From contig OZ024758.1 in the NCBI GenBank assembly GCA_964016885.1, forward strand, positions 31,372,001-31,436,000: a DNA stretch of 64,000 bases, given 5' to 3'. The translations under genes and the position numbers were made by a program. The notes beneath the pieces were generated by a model, which had not been told where the DNA came from, searched no databases, and saw only the letters and a program-made list of their open reading frames with translations. Shown piece by piece: positions 8,158-26,100 of the stretch; position 1 is the first letter of the stretch, and each line of letters begins with the position of its first letter. Source of the DNA: Eledone cirrhosa. Its lineage: Eukaryota.

Positions 8158-11100
8158 TAGATGCTGGGGCTATACTATAGCACAACAACTATAAATAGAT
8201 ACAGGGGCTATACTATAGCACAACAACGATAAATAGATGCAGGGGCTATACTATAGCACAACAACGATAAATAGATGCAGTGGCTATACTATAGCACAAC
8301 AACTATAAATAGATGCAGGGGCTATACTATAGCACAACAACTACACATAGATGCAGTGACTATACTATAGCACAACAACTATAAATAGATGCAGTGACTA
8401 TACTATAGCACAACAACTATAAATAGAAGCAGGGGCTATACTATAGCACAACAACTATAAATAGATGCAGGGGCTATACTATAGCACAACAACTATAAAT
8501 AGATGCAGTGGCTATACTATAGCACAACAACGATAAATAGATGCAGGGGCTATACTATAGCACAACAACGATAAATAGATGCAGTGGCTATACTATAGCA
8601 CAACAACTATAAATAGATGCAGTGGCTATACTATAGCACAACAACTATAAATAGATGCAGGGGCTATACTATAGCACAACAACTATAAATAGATGCAGTG
8701 GCTATACTATAGCACAACAACAATAAATAGATGCAGGGGCTATACTATAGCACAACAACTATAAATAGATGCAGGGGCTATACTATAGCACAACAACTAT
8801 AAATAAATGCAGGGGCTATACTATAGCACAACAACGATAAATAGATGCAGTGACTATACTATAGCACAACAACTATAAATAGATGCAGTGTCTATACTAT
8901 AGCACAACAACTATAAGTAGATGCAGGGGCTATACTATAGCACAACAACTATAAATAGATGCATGGGCTATACTATAGCACAACAACGATAGATAGATGC
9001 AGAGGCTATACTATAGCACAACAACTATAAATAGATGCAGTGGCTATACTATAGCACAACAACGATAAATAGATGCAGTGACTATACTATAGCACAACAA
9101 CTATAAATAGATGCAGTGACTATACTATAGCACAGCAACTATAAATAGATGCAGGGGCTATACTATAGCACAACAACGATGAATAGATGCAGGGGCTATA
9201 CTATAGCACGACAACTATAAATAGATGCAGTGACTATACTATAGCACAGCAACTATAAATAGATGCAGGGGCTATACTATAGCACAACAACGATGAATAG
9301 ATGCAGTGGCTATACTATAGCACAACAACTATAAATAGCTGCAGGGGCTATACTATAGCACAACAACTATAAATAGATGCAGATGCTATACTATAGCACA
9401 ACAACGATAAATAGATGCAGTGACTATACTATAGCACAACAACTATAAATAGCTGCAGGGGCTATACTATAGCACAACAACTATAAATAGATGCAATGAC
9501 TATACTATAGCACAAACAACTATAAATAGATGCAGGGGCTATACTATAGCACAACAACGATAACTAGATGCAGTGACTATACTATAGCGCAACAACGATA
9601 AATAGATGCAGTGGCTATACTATAGCACAGCAACTATAAATAGCTGCAGGGGCTATACTATAGCACAACAACTATAAATAGATGCAATGACTATACTATA
9701 GCACAAACAACTATAAATAGATGCAGGGGCTATACTATAGCACAACAACTATAAATAGATGCAGTGGCTATACTATAGCACAACAACTATAAATAGATGC
9801 AGGGGCTATACTATAGCACAACAACTATAAATAGATGCAGGGGCTATACTATAGCACAACAATGATAAATAGATGCAGTGGCTATACTATAGCACAACAA
9901 CTATAGATAGATGCAGTGGCTATACTATAGCACAACAACTATAAATAGATGCAGGGGCTATACTATAGCACAACAACTATAAATAGATGCAGTGACTATA
10001 CTATAGCACAACAACGATAAATAGATGCTGTGACTATACTATAGCACAACAAATATAAATAGATGCAGTGACTATACTATATCACAACAACTATAAATAG
10101 ATGCAGTGACTATACTATAGCACAGCAATGATAAATAGATGCAGTGACTATACTATAGCACAACAACTATAAATAGATGCAGTGACTATACTATAGCACA
10201 ACAACTATAAATAGATGCAGGGGCGATACTATAGCACAACAACTATAAATAGATGCAGTGGCTATACTATAGCACAACAACTATAAATAGATGCAGTGGC
10301 TATACTATAACACGACAATGATAAATAGATGCAGTGGCTATACTATAGCACAACAACTATAAATAGATGCAGAGGCTATACTATAGCACAACAATGATAA
10401 ATAGATGCAGTGGCTATACTATAGCACAACAACTATAAATAGATGCAGTGACTATCCTATAGCACAGCAACTATAAATAGATGCAGGGGCTATACTATAG
10501 CACAACAACGATGAATAGATGCAGTGGCTATACTATAGTACAACAACTATAAATAGATGCAGGGGCTATACTATAGCACAACAACGATGAATAGATGCAG
10601 TGGCTATACTATAGCACAACAACTATAAATAGATGCAGGGGCTATACTATAGCACAACAACTATAAATAGATGCAGGGGCTATACTATAGCACAACAACT
10701 ATAAATAGATGCAGTGACTATACTATAGCACAACAACTATAAATAGATGCAGGGGCTATACTATAGCACAACAACTATAAATAGATGCAGTGGCTATACT
10801 ATAGCACAACAACTATAAATAGATGCAGTGACTATACTATAGCACAACAACTATAAATAGATGCATGGGCTATACTATAGCACAACAACGATAAATAGAT
10901 GCAGTGACTATACTATAGCACAACAACTATAAATAGATGCAGTGGCTATACTATAGCACAACAACTATAAATAGATGCAGTGACTATACTATAGCACAAC
11001 AACTATAAATAGATGCAGGGGCTATACTATAGCACAACAACTATAAATAGATGCAGGGGCTATAGTATAGCACAACAACGATAAATAGATGCAGTGACTA

Positions 11101-14100
11101 TACTATAGCACAACAACTATAAATAGATGCATGGGCTATACTATAGCACAACAACGATAAATAGATGCAGTGACTATACTATAGCACAACAACTATAAAT
11201 AGATGCAGTGGCTATACTATAGCACAACAACTATAAATAGATGCAGGGGCTATACTATAGCACAACAGCTATAAATAGATGCAAGGGCTATACTATAGCA
11301 CAACAACTAAAAATAGATGCAGTGACTATACTATAGCACAACAACGATAAATAGATGCAGGGGCTATACTATAGCACAACAACTATAAATAGATGCAGTG
11401 ACTATACTATAGCACAACAACGATAAATAGATGCAGTGACTATACTATAGCACAACAACTATAAATAGATGCAGTGACTATACTATAGCACAACAACTAT
11501 AAATAGATGCAGGGGCTATACTATAGCACAACAACTATAAATAGATGCAGTGGCTATACTATAGCACAACAACTATAAATAGATGCAGTGGCTATACTAT
11601 AGCACAACAATTATAAATAGATACAGTGGCTAAACTATAGCACAACAATGACAAATAGATGCAGTGGCTATACTATAGCACAACAACTATAAATAGATGC
11701 AGGGGCTATACTATAGCACAACAACTATAAATAGATGCAGTGACTATACTATAGCACAACAACGATAAATAGATGCAGGGGCTATACTATTGCACAACAA
11801 CTATAAATAGATGCAGTGACTATACTATAGCACAACAACGATAAATAGATGCAGTGACTATACTATAGCACAACAACTATAAATAGATGCAGTGACTATA
11901 CTATAGCACAACAACTATAAATAGATGCAGGGGCTATACTATAGCACAACAACTATAAATAGATGCAGTGGCTATACTATAGCACAACAACTATAAATAG
12001 ATGCTGTGGCTATACTTTAGCACTACAACTATAAATAGCTGCAGGGGCTATACTATAGCACAACAAATATAAATAGATGCAGTGACTATACTATAGCACA
12101 ACAACGATAAATAGATGCAGGGGCTATGCTATAGCACAACAACGATAAATAGATGCAGTAACTATACTATAGCACAACAACGATAAATAGCTGCAGGGGC
12201 TATACTATAGCACAACAACTATAAATAGCTGCAGGGGCTATACTATAGCACAACAACTAAAAATAGATGCAGTGACTATACTATAGCACAACAACTATAA
12301 ATAGATGCAGGAGCTATACTATAGCACAACAACTATAAATAGATGCAGGAGCTATACTATAGCACAACAATTATGAATAGATACAGTGGCTATACTATAG
12401 CACAACAACGATAAATAGATGCAGGGGTTATACAATAGCACAACAACTATAAATAGATGCAGGGGCTATACTATAGCACAACAACTATAAATAGATGCAG
12501 TGGCTATACTATAGCACAACAACTATAAATAGATGCAGGGGCTATACTATAGCACAACAACTATAAATAGATGCAGTGACTATACTATAGCACAACAACT
12601 ATAAATAGATGCAGTGACTATACTATAGCACAACAACTATAAATAGATGCAGTGGCTATACTATAGCACAACAACTATAAATAGATGCAGGGGCTATACT
12701 ATAGCACAACAACAATAAATAGATGCAATGACTATACTATAGCACAGCAACTATAAATAGATGCAGGGGCTATACTATAGCACAACAACGATAAATAGAT
12801 GCAGGGGCTATACTATTGCACAACAACTATTAATAGATGCAGGGGCTATACTATAGCACAACAATGATAAATAGATGCGGTGGCTATACTATAGCACAAC
12901 AACTATAAATAGATGCAGGGGCTATACTATAGCAAAACAATGATAAATAGATGCAGTGGCTATACTATACCACAACAACAATAAATAGATGCAGTGACTA
13001 TACTATAGCACAGCAACTATAAATAGATGCAGGGGCTATACTATAGCACAACAACGATAAATAGATGCAGGAGCTATACTATAGCACAACAACTATAAAT
13101 AGATACAGTGGCTATACTATAGCACAACTATAAATACATGCAGGGGCTATACTATAGCACAACAACGATAAATAGATGCAGGAGCTATACTATAGCACAA
13201 CAACTATAAATAGATGCAGTGGCTATACTATAGCACAACGATAAATAGATGCAGTGGCTATACTATAGCACAACAACTATAAATAGATGCAGGGGCTATA
13301 CTATAGCACAACAACTATAAATAGATGCAGTGGCTATACTATAGCACAACAACTATAAATAGATGCAGTGACTATACTATAGCACAGCAACGATAAATAG
13401 ATACAGTGACTATACTATAGCACAACAACTATAAATAGATGCAGGGGCTATACTATAGCACAACAACTATAAATAGATGCAGTGGCTATACTATAGCACA
13501 ACAACTATAAATAGATGCAGTGACTATACTATAGCACAGCAACGATAAATAGATGCAGTGGCTATACTATAGCACAACAACTATAAATAGATACAGTGAC
13601 TATACTATAGCACAACAACTATAAATAGATGCAGGGGTTATACTATACCACAACAACTATAAATAGATGCAGTGGCTATACTATAGCACAACAACTATAA
13701 ATAGATGCAGTGACTATACTATAGCACAACAACGATAAATAGATGCAGTGACTATACTATAGCACAACAACTATAAATAGATGCAGGGGCTATACTATAG
13801 CACAACAACGATAAATAGATGCAGGAGCTATACTATAGCACAACAACGATAAATAGATGCAGAGGCTATACCATAGCACAACAACGATAAATAGATGCAG
13901 TGACTATACTATAGCACAACAACTATAAATAGCTGCAGGGGCTATACTATAGCACAACAACTATAAATAGATGCAGTGGCTATACTATAGCACAACAACG
14001 ATAAATTGATGCAGTGACTATACTATAGCACAACAACTATAAATAGATGCAGGGGCTATACTATAGCACAACAACTATAAATAGATGCAGTGGCTATACT

Positions 14101-17100
14101 ATAGCACAACAACTATAAATAGATGCAGTGGCTATACTATAGCACAACAATTATAAATAGATACAGTGGCTATACTATAGCACAACAATGATAAATAGAT
14201 GCAGTGGCTATACTATAGCACAACAACTATAAATAGATGCAGGGGCTATACTATAGCACAACAATGATAAATAGATGCAGTGGCTATACTATAGCACAAC
14301 AACTATAAATAGATGCAGTGACTATACTATAGCACAGCAACTATAAATAGATGCAGGGGCTATACTATAGCACAACAACTATAAATAGATGCAGTGACTA
14401 TACTATAGCACAACAACGATAAATAAATGCAGTGACTATACTATAGCACAACAACTATAAATAGATGCAGTGACTATACTATAGCACAACAACTATAAAT
14501 AGATGCAGGGGCTATACTATAGCACAACAACTATAAATAGATGGAGTGGCTATACTATAGCACAACAACTATGAATAGATGCAGTGGCTATACTATAGCA
14601 CAACAATTATAAATAGATACAGTGACTATACTATAGCACAACAATGATAAATAGATGCAGTGGCTATACTATAGCACAACAACTATAAATAGATGCAGGG
14701 GCTATACTATAGCACAACAATGATAAATAGATGCAGTGGCTATACTATAGCACAACAACTATAAATAGATGCAGTGACTATACTATAGCATAGCAACTAT
14801 AAATAGATGCAGGGGCTATACTATAGCACAACAACGATAAATAGATGCAGGGGCTATACTATAGCACAACAACTATAAATAGATGCAGTGGCTATACTAT
14901 AGCACAACAACTATAAATAGATGCAGTGGCTATACTATAGCACAACAATGATAATAAGATGCAGTGGCTATACTATAGCACAACAACTATAAATAGATGC
15001 AGGGGCTATACTATAGCACAACAATGATAAATAGATGCAGTGGCTATACTATTGCACAACAACTATAAATAGATGCAGTGACTATACTATAGCACAACAA
15101 CGATAAATAGATGCAGTGACTATACTATAGCACAACAACTATAAATAGATGCAGGGGCTATACTATAGCACAACAACTATAAATAGATGCAGTGGCTATA
15201 CTATAGCACAACATCTATAAATAGATGCAGTGGCTATACTATAGCACAACAATGATAATAAGATGCAGTGGCTATACTATAGCACAACAACTATAAATAG
15301 ATGCAGGGGCTATACTATAGAACAACAATGATAAATAGATGCTGTGGCTATACTATAGCACAACAACAGTAAATAGATGCAGTGACTATCCTATAGCACA
15401 GCAACTATAAATAGATGCAGGGGCTATACTATAGCACAACAACGATGAATAGATGCAGTGGCTATACTATAGCACAACAACTATAAATAGATGCAGGGGC
15501 TATACTATAGCACAACAACTATAAATAGATGCAGGGGCTATACTATAGCACAACAACGATAAATAGATGCAGTGACTATACTATAGCACAACAACTATAA
15601 ATAGATGCAGTGACTATACTATAGCACAACAACTATAAATAGATGCAGGGGCTATACTATAGCAGAACAACTATAAATAGATGCGTGGGCTATACTATAG
15701 CACAACAACGATAAATAGATGCAGAGGCTATACTATAGCACAACAACGATAAATAGATGCAGTAACTATACTATAGCACAACCAGGATAAATAGCTGCAG
15801 GGGCTATACTATAGCACAACAACTATAAATAGATGCAGTGACTATACTATAGCACAAACAACTATAAATAGATGCAGGGGCTATACTATAGCACAACAAC
15901 GATAAATAGATGCAGTGACTATACTATAGCACAACAACTATAAATAGATGCAGTGTCTATACTATAGCACAACAACGATAAATAGATGCAGTGACTATAC
16001 TATAGCACAACAACGATAAATAGATGCAGTGGCTATACTATAGCACAACAATTATAAATAGATGCAGGGGCTATACTATAGCACAACAGCTATAAATAGA
16101 TGCAGGGGCTATACTATAGCACAACAACTAAAACTAGATGCAGTGACTATACTATAGCACAACAACGATACTAGATGCAGGGGCTATACTATAGCACAAC
16201 AAATATAAATAGATGCAGTGACTATACTATAGCACAACAACGATAAATAGATGCAGTGACCATACTATAGCACAACAACTATATATAGATGCAGTGACTA
16301 TACTATAGCACAACAACTATAAATAGATGCAGTGGCTATACTATAGCACAACAACTATAAATAGATGCAGTGGCTATACTATAGCACAACAATTATAAAT
16401 AGATACAGTGGCTATACTATAGCACAACAATGATAAATAGATGCAGTGGCTATACTATAGCACAACAATTATAAATAGATGCAGGGGCTATACTATAGCA
16501 CAACAACTATAAATAGATGCAGTGACTATATTATAGCACAGCAACTATAAATAGATGCAGGGGCTATACTATAGCACAACAACGATAAATAGTTGCAGGA
16601 GCTATACTATAGCACAACAACTATAAATAGATACAGTGGCTATACTATAGCACAACTATAAATAGATGCAGGGGCTATACTGTAGCACAACAACGATAAA
16701 TAGATGCAGGAGCTATACTATAGCACAACAACTATAAATAGATGCAGTGGCTATACTATAGCACAACGATAAATAGATGCAGTGGATATACTATAGCACA
16801 ACAACTATAAATAGATGCAGGGGCTATACTATATCACAACAACTATAAATAGATGCAGTGGCTATACTATAGCACAACAACTATAAATAGATGCAGTGAC
16901 TATACTATAGCACAACAACGATAAATAGATGCAGTGACTATACTATAGCACAGCAACTATAAATAGATGCAGGGGCTATACTATAGCACAACAACTATAA
17001 ATAGATGCAGTGACTATACTATAGCACAAACAACTATAAATAGATGCAGGGGCTATACTATAGCACAACAACGATAAATAAATGCAGTGACTATACTATA

Positions 17101-20100
17101 GCACAACAACGATAAATAGATGCAGTGGCTATCCTATAGCACAACAACTATAAATAGATGCAGGGGCTATACTATAGCACAACATCTATAAATAGATGCA
17201 GGGGCTATACTATAGCACAACAACTATAGATAGATGCAGTGGCTATACTATAGCACAACAACTATAAATAGATGCAGGGGCTATACTATAGCACAACAAC
17301 TATAAATAGATGCAGTGGCTATACTATAGCACAACAACTATAAATAGATGCAGGGGCTATACTATAGCACAACAACTATAAATAGATGCAGTGACTATAC
17401 TATAGCACAAACAACTATAAATAGATGCAGGGGCTATACTATAGCACAACAACTATAAATAGATGCAGTGGCTATATTATAGCACAACAATGATAAATAG
17501 ATGCAGTGGCTATACTATAGCACAACAACTATAAATAGATGCAGGGGCTATACTATAGCACAACAATGATAAATAGATGCAGTGGCTATACTATAGCACA
17601 ACAACTATAAATAGATGCAGTGGCTATACAATAGCACAACAACTATAAATAGATGCAGTGACTATACTATAGCACAACAACTATAAATAGATGCAGTGGC
17701 TATACTATAGCACAACAATGATAAATAGATGCAGTGGCTATACTATAGCACAACAACTATAAATAGATGCAGGGGCTATACTATAGCACAACAATGATAA
17801 ATAGATGCAGTGGCTATACAATAGCACAACAACTATAAATAGATGCAGTGACTATACTATAGCACAACAACGATAAATAGATGCAGTGACTATACTATAG
17901 CACAACAACTATAAATAGATGCAGTGGCTATACTATAGCACAACAACTATAAATAGATGCAGGGGCTATACTATAGCACAACAACTATAAATAGATGCAG
18001 TGGCTATACAATAGCACAACAACTATAAATAGATGCAGTGGCTATACTATAGCACAACAACTATAAATAGATGCAGTGGCTATACTATAGCACAACAACT
18101 ATAAATAGATGCAGTGGCTATACAATAGCACAACAACTATAAATAGATGCAGTGACTATACTATAGCACAACAACTATAAATAGCTGCAGGGGCTATATT
18201 ATAAAACAACAACTATAAATAGATGCAGGGGCTATACTATAGCACAACAACTATAAATAGATGCAGTGACTATACTATAGCACAACAACTATAAATAGAT
18301 GCAGTGGCTATACTATAGCACAACAACTATAAATAGCTGCAGGGGCTATATTATAAAACAACAACTATAAATAGATGCAGGGGCTATACTATAGCACAAC
18401 AACTATAAATAGATGCAGTGACTATACTATAGCACAACAACTATAAATAGATGCAGTGGCTATACTATAGCACAACAACTATAAATAGATGCAGTGGCTA
18501 TACTATAGCACAACAACTATAAATAGATGCAGTGGCTATACTATAGCACAACAACTATAAATAGCTGCAGTGACTATACTATAGCACAACAACTATAAAT
18601 AGATGCAGGGGCTATACTATAGCACAACAACTATAAATAGATGCAGTGGCTATACTATAGCACAACAACTATAAATAGATGCAGTGGCTATACTATAGCA
18701 CAACAACGATAAATAGATGCAGTGGCTATACTATAGCACAACAACTATAAATAGATGCAGTGGCTATACCATAGCACAACGATAAATAGATGCAGTGGCT
18801 ATACTATAGCACAACAACTATAAATAGATGCAGGGGCTATACTATAGCACAACAACGATAAATAGATGCAGTGACTATACTATAGCACAACAACTATAAA
18901 TAGATGCAGTGACTATACTATAGCACAACAACTATAAATAGATGCAGTGGCTATACTATAGCACAACAACTATAAATAGATGCAGGGGCTATACTATAGC
19001 ACAACAACTATAAATAGATGCAGTGACTATACTATAGCACAACAACTATAAATAGATGCAGTGACTATACTATAGCACAACAACTATAAATAGATGCAGT
19101 GGCTATACTATAGCACAACAACTATAAATAGATGCAGGGGCTATACTATAGCACAACAACAATAAATAGATGCAATGACTATACTATAGCACAGCAACTA
19201 TAAATAGATGCAGGGGCTATACTATAGCACAACAACGATAAATAGATGCAGGGGCTATACTATTGCACAACAACTATAAATAGATGCAGGGGCTATACTA
19301 TAGCACAACAATGATAAATAGATGCGGTGGCTATACTATAGCACAACAACTATAAATAGATGCAGGGGCTATACTATAGCAAAACAATGATAAATAGATG
19401 CAGTGGCTATACTATACCACAACAACAATAAATAGATGCAGTGACTATACTATAGCACAGCAACTATAAATAGATGCAGGGGCTATACTATAGCACAACA
19501 ACGATAAATAGATGCAGGAGCTATACTATAGCACAACAACTATAAATAGATACAGTGGCTATACTATAGCACAACTATAAATAGATGCAGGGGCTATACT
19601 ATAGCACAACAACGATAAATAGATGCAGGAGCTATACTATAGCACAACAACTATAAATAGATGCAGTGGCTATACTATAGCACAACGATAAATAGATGCA
19701 GTGGCTATACTATAGCACAACAACTATAAATAGATGCAGGGGCTATACTATAGCACAACAACTATAAATAGATGCAGTGGCTATACTATAGCACAACAAC
19801 TATAAATAGATGCAGTGACTATACTATAGCACAGCAACGATAAATAGATACAGTGACTATACTATAGCACAACAACTATAAATAGATGCAGTGGCTATAC
19901 TATAGCACAAGAACTATAAATAGATGCAGGGGCTATACTATAGCACAACAACGATAAATAGATGCAGAGGCTATACCATAGCACAACAACGATAAATAGA
20001 TGCAGTGACTATACTATAGCACAACAACTATAAATAGCTGCAGGGGCTATACTATAGCACAACAACTATAAATAGATGCAGTGACTATACTATAGCACAA

Positions 20101-23100
20101 ACAACTATAAATAGATGCAGGGGCTATACTATAGCACAACAACTATAAGTAGATGCAGTGACTATACTATAGCACAAACAACTATAAATAGATGCAGGAG
20201 CTATACTATAGCACAACAACGATAAATAGATGCAGTGACTATACAATAGCACAACAACGATAAATAGATGCAGTGGCTATACTATATCACAACAACTATA
20301 AATAGATGCAGGGGCTATACTATAGCACAACAACTATAAATAGATGCAGGGGCTACACTATAGCACAACAACTATAAATAGATGCAGTGGCTATACTATA
20401 GCACAACAACTATAAATAGATGCAGGGGCTATACTATAGCACAACAACTATAAATAGATGCAGTGGCTATACTATAGCACAACAACTATAAATAGATGCA
20501 GGGGCTATACTATAGCACAACAACTATAAATAGATGCAGTGACTATACTATAGCACAACAACGATAAATAGATGCAGGGGCTATACTATAGCACAACAAC
20601 TATAAATAGATGCAGTGACTATACTATAGCACAACAACGATAAATAGATGCAGTGACTATACTATAGCACAACAACTATAAATAGATGCAGGGGCTATAC
20701 TATAGCACAACAACTATAAATAGATACAGTGGCTATACTATAGCACAACAACTATAAATAGATGCAGTGGCTATACTATAGCACAACAATGATAAATAGA
20801 TGCAGTGGCTATACTATAGCACAACAACTATAAATAGATGCAGGGGCTATACTATAGCACAACAATGATAAATAGATGCAGTGGCTATACTATAGCACAA
20901 CAACGATAAATAGATGCAGTGGCTATACTATAGCACAACAACTATAAATAGATGCAGGGGCTATACTATAGCACAACAACTATAAATAGATGCAGTGACT
21001 ATACTATAGCACAACAACGATAAATAGATGCAGTGACTATACTATAGCACGACAACTATAAATAGATGCAGTGACTATACTATAGCACAACAACTATAAA
21101 TAGATGCAGTGGCTATACTATAGCACAACAACTATAAATAGATGCAGTGGCTATACTATAGCACAACAACTATCAATAGATGCAGTGGCTATACTATAGC
21201 ACAACAACTATAAATAGATGCAGTGGCTATACTATAGCACAACAATGATAAATAGATGCAGTGGCTATACTATAGCACAACAACTATAAATAGATGCAGG
21301 GGCTATACTATAGCACAACAATGATAAATAGATGCAGTGGCTATACTATAGCACAACAACTATAAATAGATGCAGTGGCTATACTATAGCACAACAACTA
21401 TAAATAGATGCAGTGACTATACTATAGCACAACAACTATAAATAGATGCAGTGACTATACTATAGCACAGCAACTATAAATAGATGCAGGGGCTATACTA
21501 TAGCACAACAACTATAAATAGATGCAGTGACTATACTATAGCACAAACAACTATAAATAGATGCAGGGGCTATACTATAGCACAACAACGATAAATAAAT
21601 GCAGTGACTATACTATAGCACAACAACGATAAATAGATGCAGTGGCTATCCTATAGCACAACAACTATAAATAGATGCAGGGGCTATACTATAGCACAAC
21701 ATCTATAAATAGATGCAGGGGCTATACTATAGCACAACAACTATAGATAGATGCAGTGGCTATACTATAGCACAACAACTATAAATAGATGCAGGGGCTA
21801 TACTATAGCACAACAACTATAAATAGATGCAGTGGCTATACTATAGCACAACAACTATAAATAGATGCAGGGGCTATACTATAGCACAACAACTATAAAT
21901 AGATGCAGTGACTATACTATAGCACAAACAACTATAAATAGATGCAGGGGCTATACTATAGCACAACAACTATAAATAGATGCAGTGGCTATATTATAGC
22001 ACAACAATGATAAATAGATGCAGTGGCTATACTATAGCACAACAACTATAAATAGATGCAGGGGCTATACTATAGCACAACAATGATAAATAGATGCAGT
22101 GGCTATACTATAGCACAACAACTATAAATAGATGCAGTGGCTATACAATAGCACAACAACTATAAATAGATGCAGTGACTATACTATAGCACAACAACTA
22201 TAAATAGATGCAGTGGCTATACTATAGCACAACAATGATAAATAGATGCAGTGGCTATACTATAGCACAACAACTATAAATAGATGCAGGGGCTATACTA
22301 TAGCACAACAATGATAAATAGATGCAGTGGCTATACAATAGCACAACAACTATAAATAGATGCAGTGACTATACTATAGCACAACAACGATAAATAGATG
22401 CAGTGACTATACTATAGCACAACAACTATAAATAGATGCAGTGGCTATACTATAGCACAACAACTATAAATAGATGCAGGGGCTATACTATAGCACAACA
22501 ACTATAAATAGATGCAGTGGCTATACAATAGCACAACAACTATAAATAGATGCAGTGGCTATACTATAGCACAACAACTATAAATAGATGCAGTGGCTAT
22601 ACTATAGCACAACAACTATAAATAGATGCAGTGGCTATACAATAGCACAACAACTATAAATAGATGCAGTGACTATACTATAGCACAACAACTATAAATA
22701 GCTGCAGGGGCTATATTATAAAACAACAACTATAAATAGATGCAGGGGCTATACTATAGCACAACAACTATAAATAGATGCAGTGACTATACTATAGCAC
22801 AACAACTATAAATAGATGCAGTGGCTATACTATAGCACAACAACTATAAATAGCTGCAGGGGCTATATTATAAAACAACAACTATAAATAGATGCAGGGG
22901 CTATACTATAGCACAACAACTATAAATAGATGCAGTGACTATACTATAGCACAACAACTATAAATAGATGCAGTGGCTATACTATAGCACAACAACTATA
23001 AATAGATGCAGTGGCTATACTATAGCACAACAACTATAAATAGATGCAGTGGCTATACTATAGCACAACAACTATAAATAGCTGCAGTGACTATACTATA

Positions 23101-26100
23101 GCACAACAACTATAAATAGATGCAGGGGCTATACTATAGCACAACAACTATAAATAGATGCAGTGGCTATACTATAGCACAACAACTATAAATAGATGCA
23201 GTGGCTATACTATAGCACAACAACGATAAATAGATGCAGTGGCTATACTATAGCACAACAACTATAAATAGATGCAGTGGCTATACCATAGCACAACGAT
23301 AAATAGATGCAGTGGCTATACTATAGCACAACAACTATAAATAGATGCAGGGGCTATACTATAGCACAACAACGATAAATAGATGCAGTGACTATACTAT
23401 AGCACAACAACTATAAATAGATGCAGTGACTATACTATAGCACAACAACTATAAATAGATGCAGTGGCTATACTATAGCACAACAACTATAAATAGATGC
23501 AGGGGCTATACTATAGCACAACAACTATAAATAGATGCAGTGACTATACTATAGCACAACAACTATAAATAGATGCAGTGACTATACTATAGCACAACAA
23601 CTATAAATAGATGCAGTGGCTATACTATAGCACAACAACTATAAATAGATGCAGGGGCTATACTATAGCACAACAACAATAAATAGATGCAATGACTATA
23701 CTATAGCACAGCAACTATAAATAGATGCAGGGGCTATACTATAGCACAACAACGATAAATAGATGCAGGGGCTATACTATTGCACAACAACTATAAATAG
23801 ATGCAGGGGCTATACTATAGCACAACAATGATAAATAGATGCGGTGGCTATACTATAGCACAACAACTATAAATAGATGCAGGGGCTATACTATAGCAAA
23901 ACAATGATAAATAGATGCAGTGGCTATACTATACCACAACAACAATAAATAGATGCAGTGACTATACTATAGCACAGCAACTATAAATAGATGCAGGGGC
24001 TATACTATAGCACAACAACGATAAATAGATGCAGGAGCTATACTATAGCACAACAACTATAAATAGATACAGTGGCTATACTATAGCACAACTATAAATA
24101 GATGCAGGGGCTATACTATAGCACAACAACGATAAATAGATGCAGGAGCTATACTATAGCACAACAACTATAAATAGATGCAGTGGCTATACTATAGCAC
24201 AACGATAAATAGATGCAGTGGCTATACTATAGCACAACAACTATAAATAGATGCAGGGGCTATACTATAGCACAACAACTATAAATAGATGCAGTGGCTA
24301 TACTATAGCACAACAACTATAAATAGATGCAGTGACTATACTATAGCACAGCAACGATAAATAGATACAGTGACTATACTATAGCACAACAACTATAAAT
24401 AGATGCAGTGGCTATACTATAGCACAAGAACTATAAATAGATGCAGGGGCTATACTATAGCACAACAACGATAAATAGATGCAGAGGCTATACCATAGCA
24501 CAACAACGATAAATAGATGCAGTGACTATACTATAGCACAACAACTATAAATAGCTGCAGGGGCTATACTATAGCACAACAACTATAAATAGATGCAGTG
24601 ACTATACTATAGCACAAACAACTATAAATAGATGCAGGGGCTATACTATAGCACAACAACTATAAGTAGATGCAGTGACTATACTATAGCACAAACAACT
24701 ATAAATAGATGCAGGAGCTATACTATAGCACAACAACGATAAATAGATGCAGTGACTATACAATAGCACAACAACGATAAATAGATGCAGTGGCTATACT
24801 ATATCACAACAACTATAAATAGATGCAGGGGCTATACTATAGCACAACAACTATAAATAGATGCAGGGGCTACACTATAGCACAACAACTATAAATAGAT
24901 GCAGTGGCTATACTATAGCACAACAACTATAAATAGATGCAGGGGCTATACTATAGCACAACAACTATAAATAGATGCAGTGGCTATACTATAGCACAAC
25001 AACTATAAATAGATGCAGGGGCTATACTATAGCACAACAACTATAAATAGATGCAGTGACTATACTATAGCACAACAACGATAAATAGATGCAGGGGCTA
25101 TACTATAGCACAACAACTATAAATAGATGCAGTGACTATACTATAGCACAACAACGATAAATAGATGCAGTGACTATACTATAGCACAACAACTATAAAT
25201 AGATGCAGGGGCTATACTATAGCACAACAACTATAAATAGATACAGTGGCTATACTATAGCACAACAACTATAAATAGATGCAGTGGCTATACTATAGCA
25301 CAACAATGATAAATAGATGCAGTGGCTATACTATAGCACAACAACTATAAATAGATGCAGGGGCTATACTATAGCACAACAATGATAAATAGATGCAGTG
25401 GCTATACTATAGCACAACAACGATAAATAGATGCAGTGGCTATACTATAGCACAACAACTATAAATAGATGCAGGGGCTATACTATAGCACAACAACTAT
25501 AAATAGATGCAGTGACTATACTATAGCACAACAACGATAAATAGATGCAGTGACTATACTATAGCACGACAACTATAAATAGATGCAGTGACTATACTAT
25601 AGCACAACAACTATAAATAGATGCAGTGGCTATACTATAGCACAACAACTATAAATAGATGCAGTGGCTATACTATAGCACAACAACTATCAATAGATGC
25701 AGTGGCTATACTATAGCACAACAACTATAAATAGATGCAGTGGCTATACTATAGCACAACAATGATAAATAGATGCAGTGGCTATACTATAGCACAACAA
25801 CTATAAATAGATGCAGGGGCTATACTATAGCACAACAATGATAAATAGATGCAGTGGCTATACTATAGCACAACAACTATAAATAGATGCAGTGGCTATA
25901 CTATAGCACAACAACTATAAATAGATGCAGTGACTATACTATAGCACAACAACTATAAATAGATGCAGTGACTATACTATAGCACAACAACTATAAATAG
26001 CTGCAGGGGCTATATTATAAAACAACAACTATAAATAGATGCAGTGGCTATACTATAGCACAACAACTATAAATAGATGCAGTGGCTATACTATAGCACA

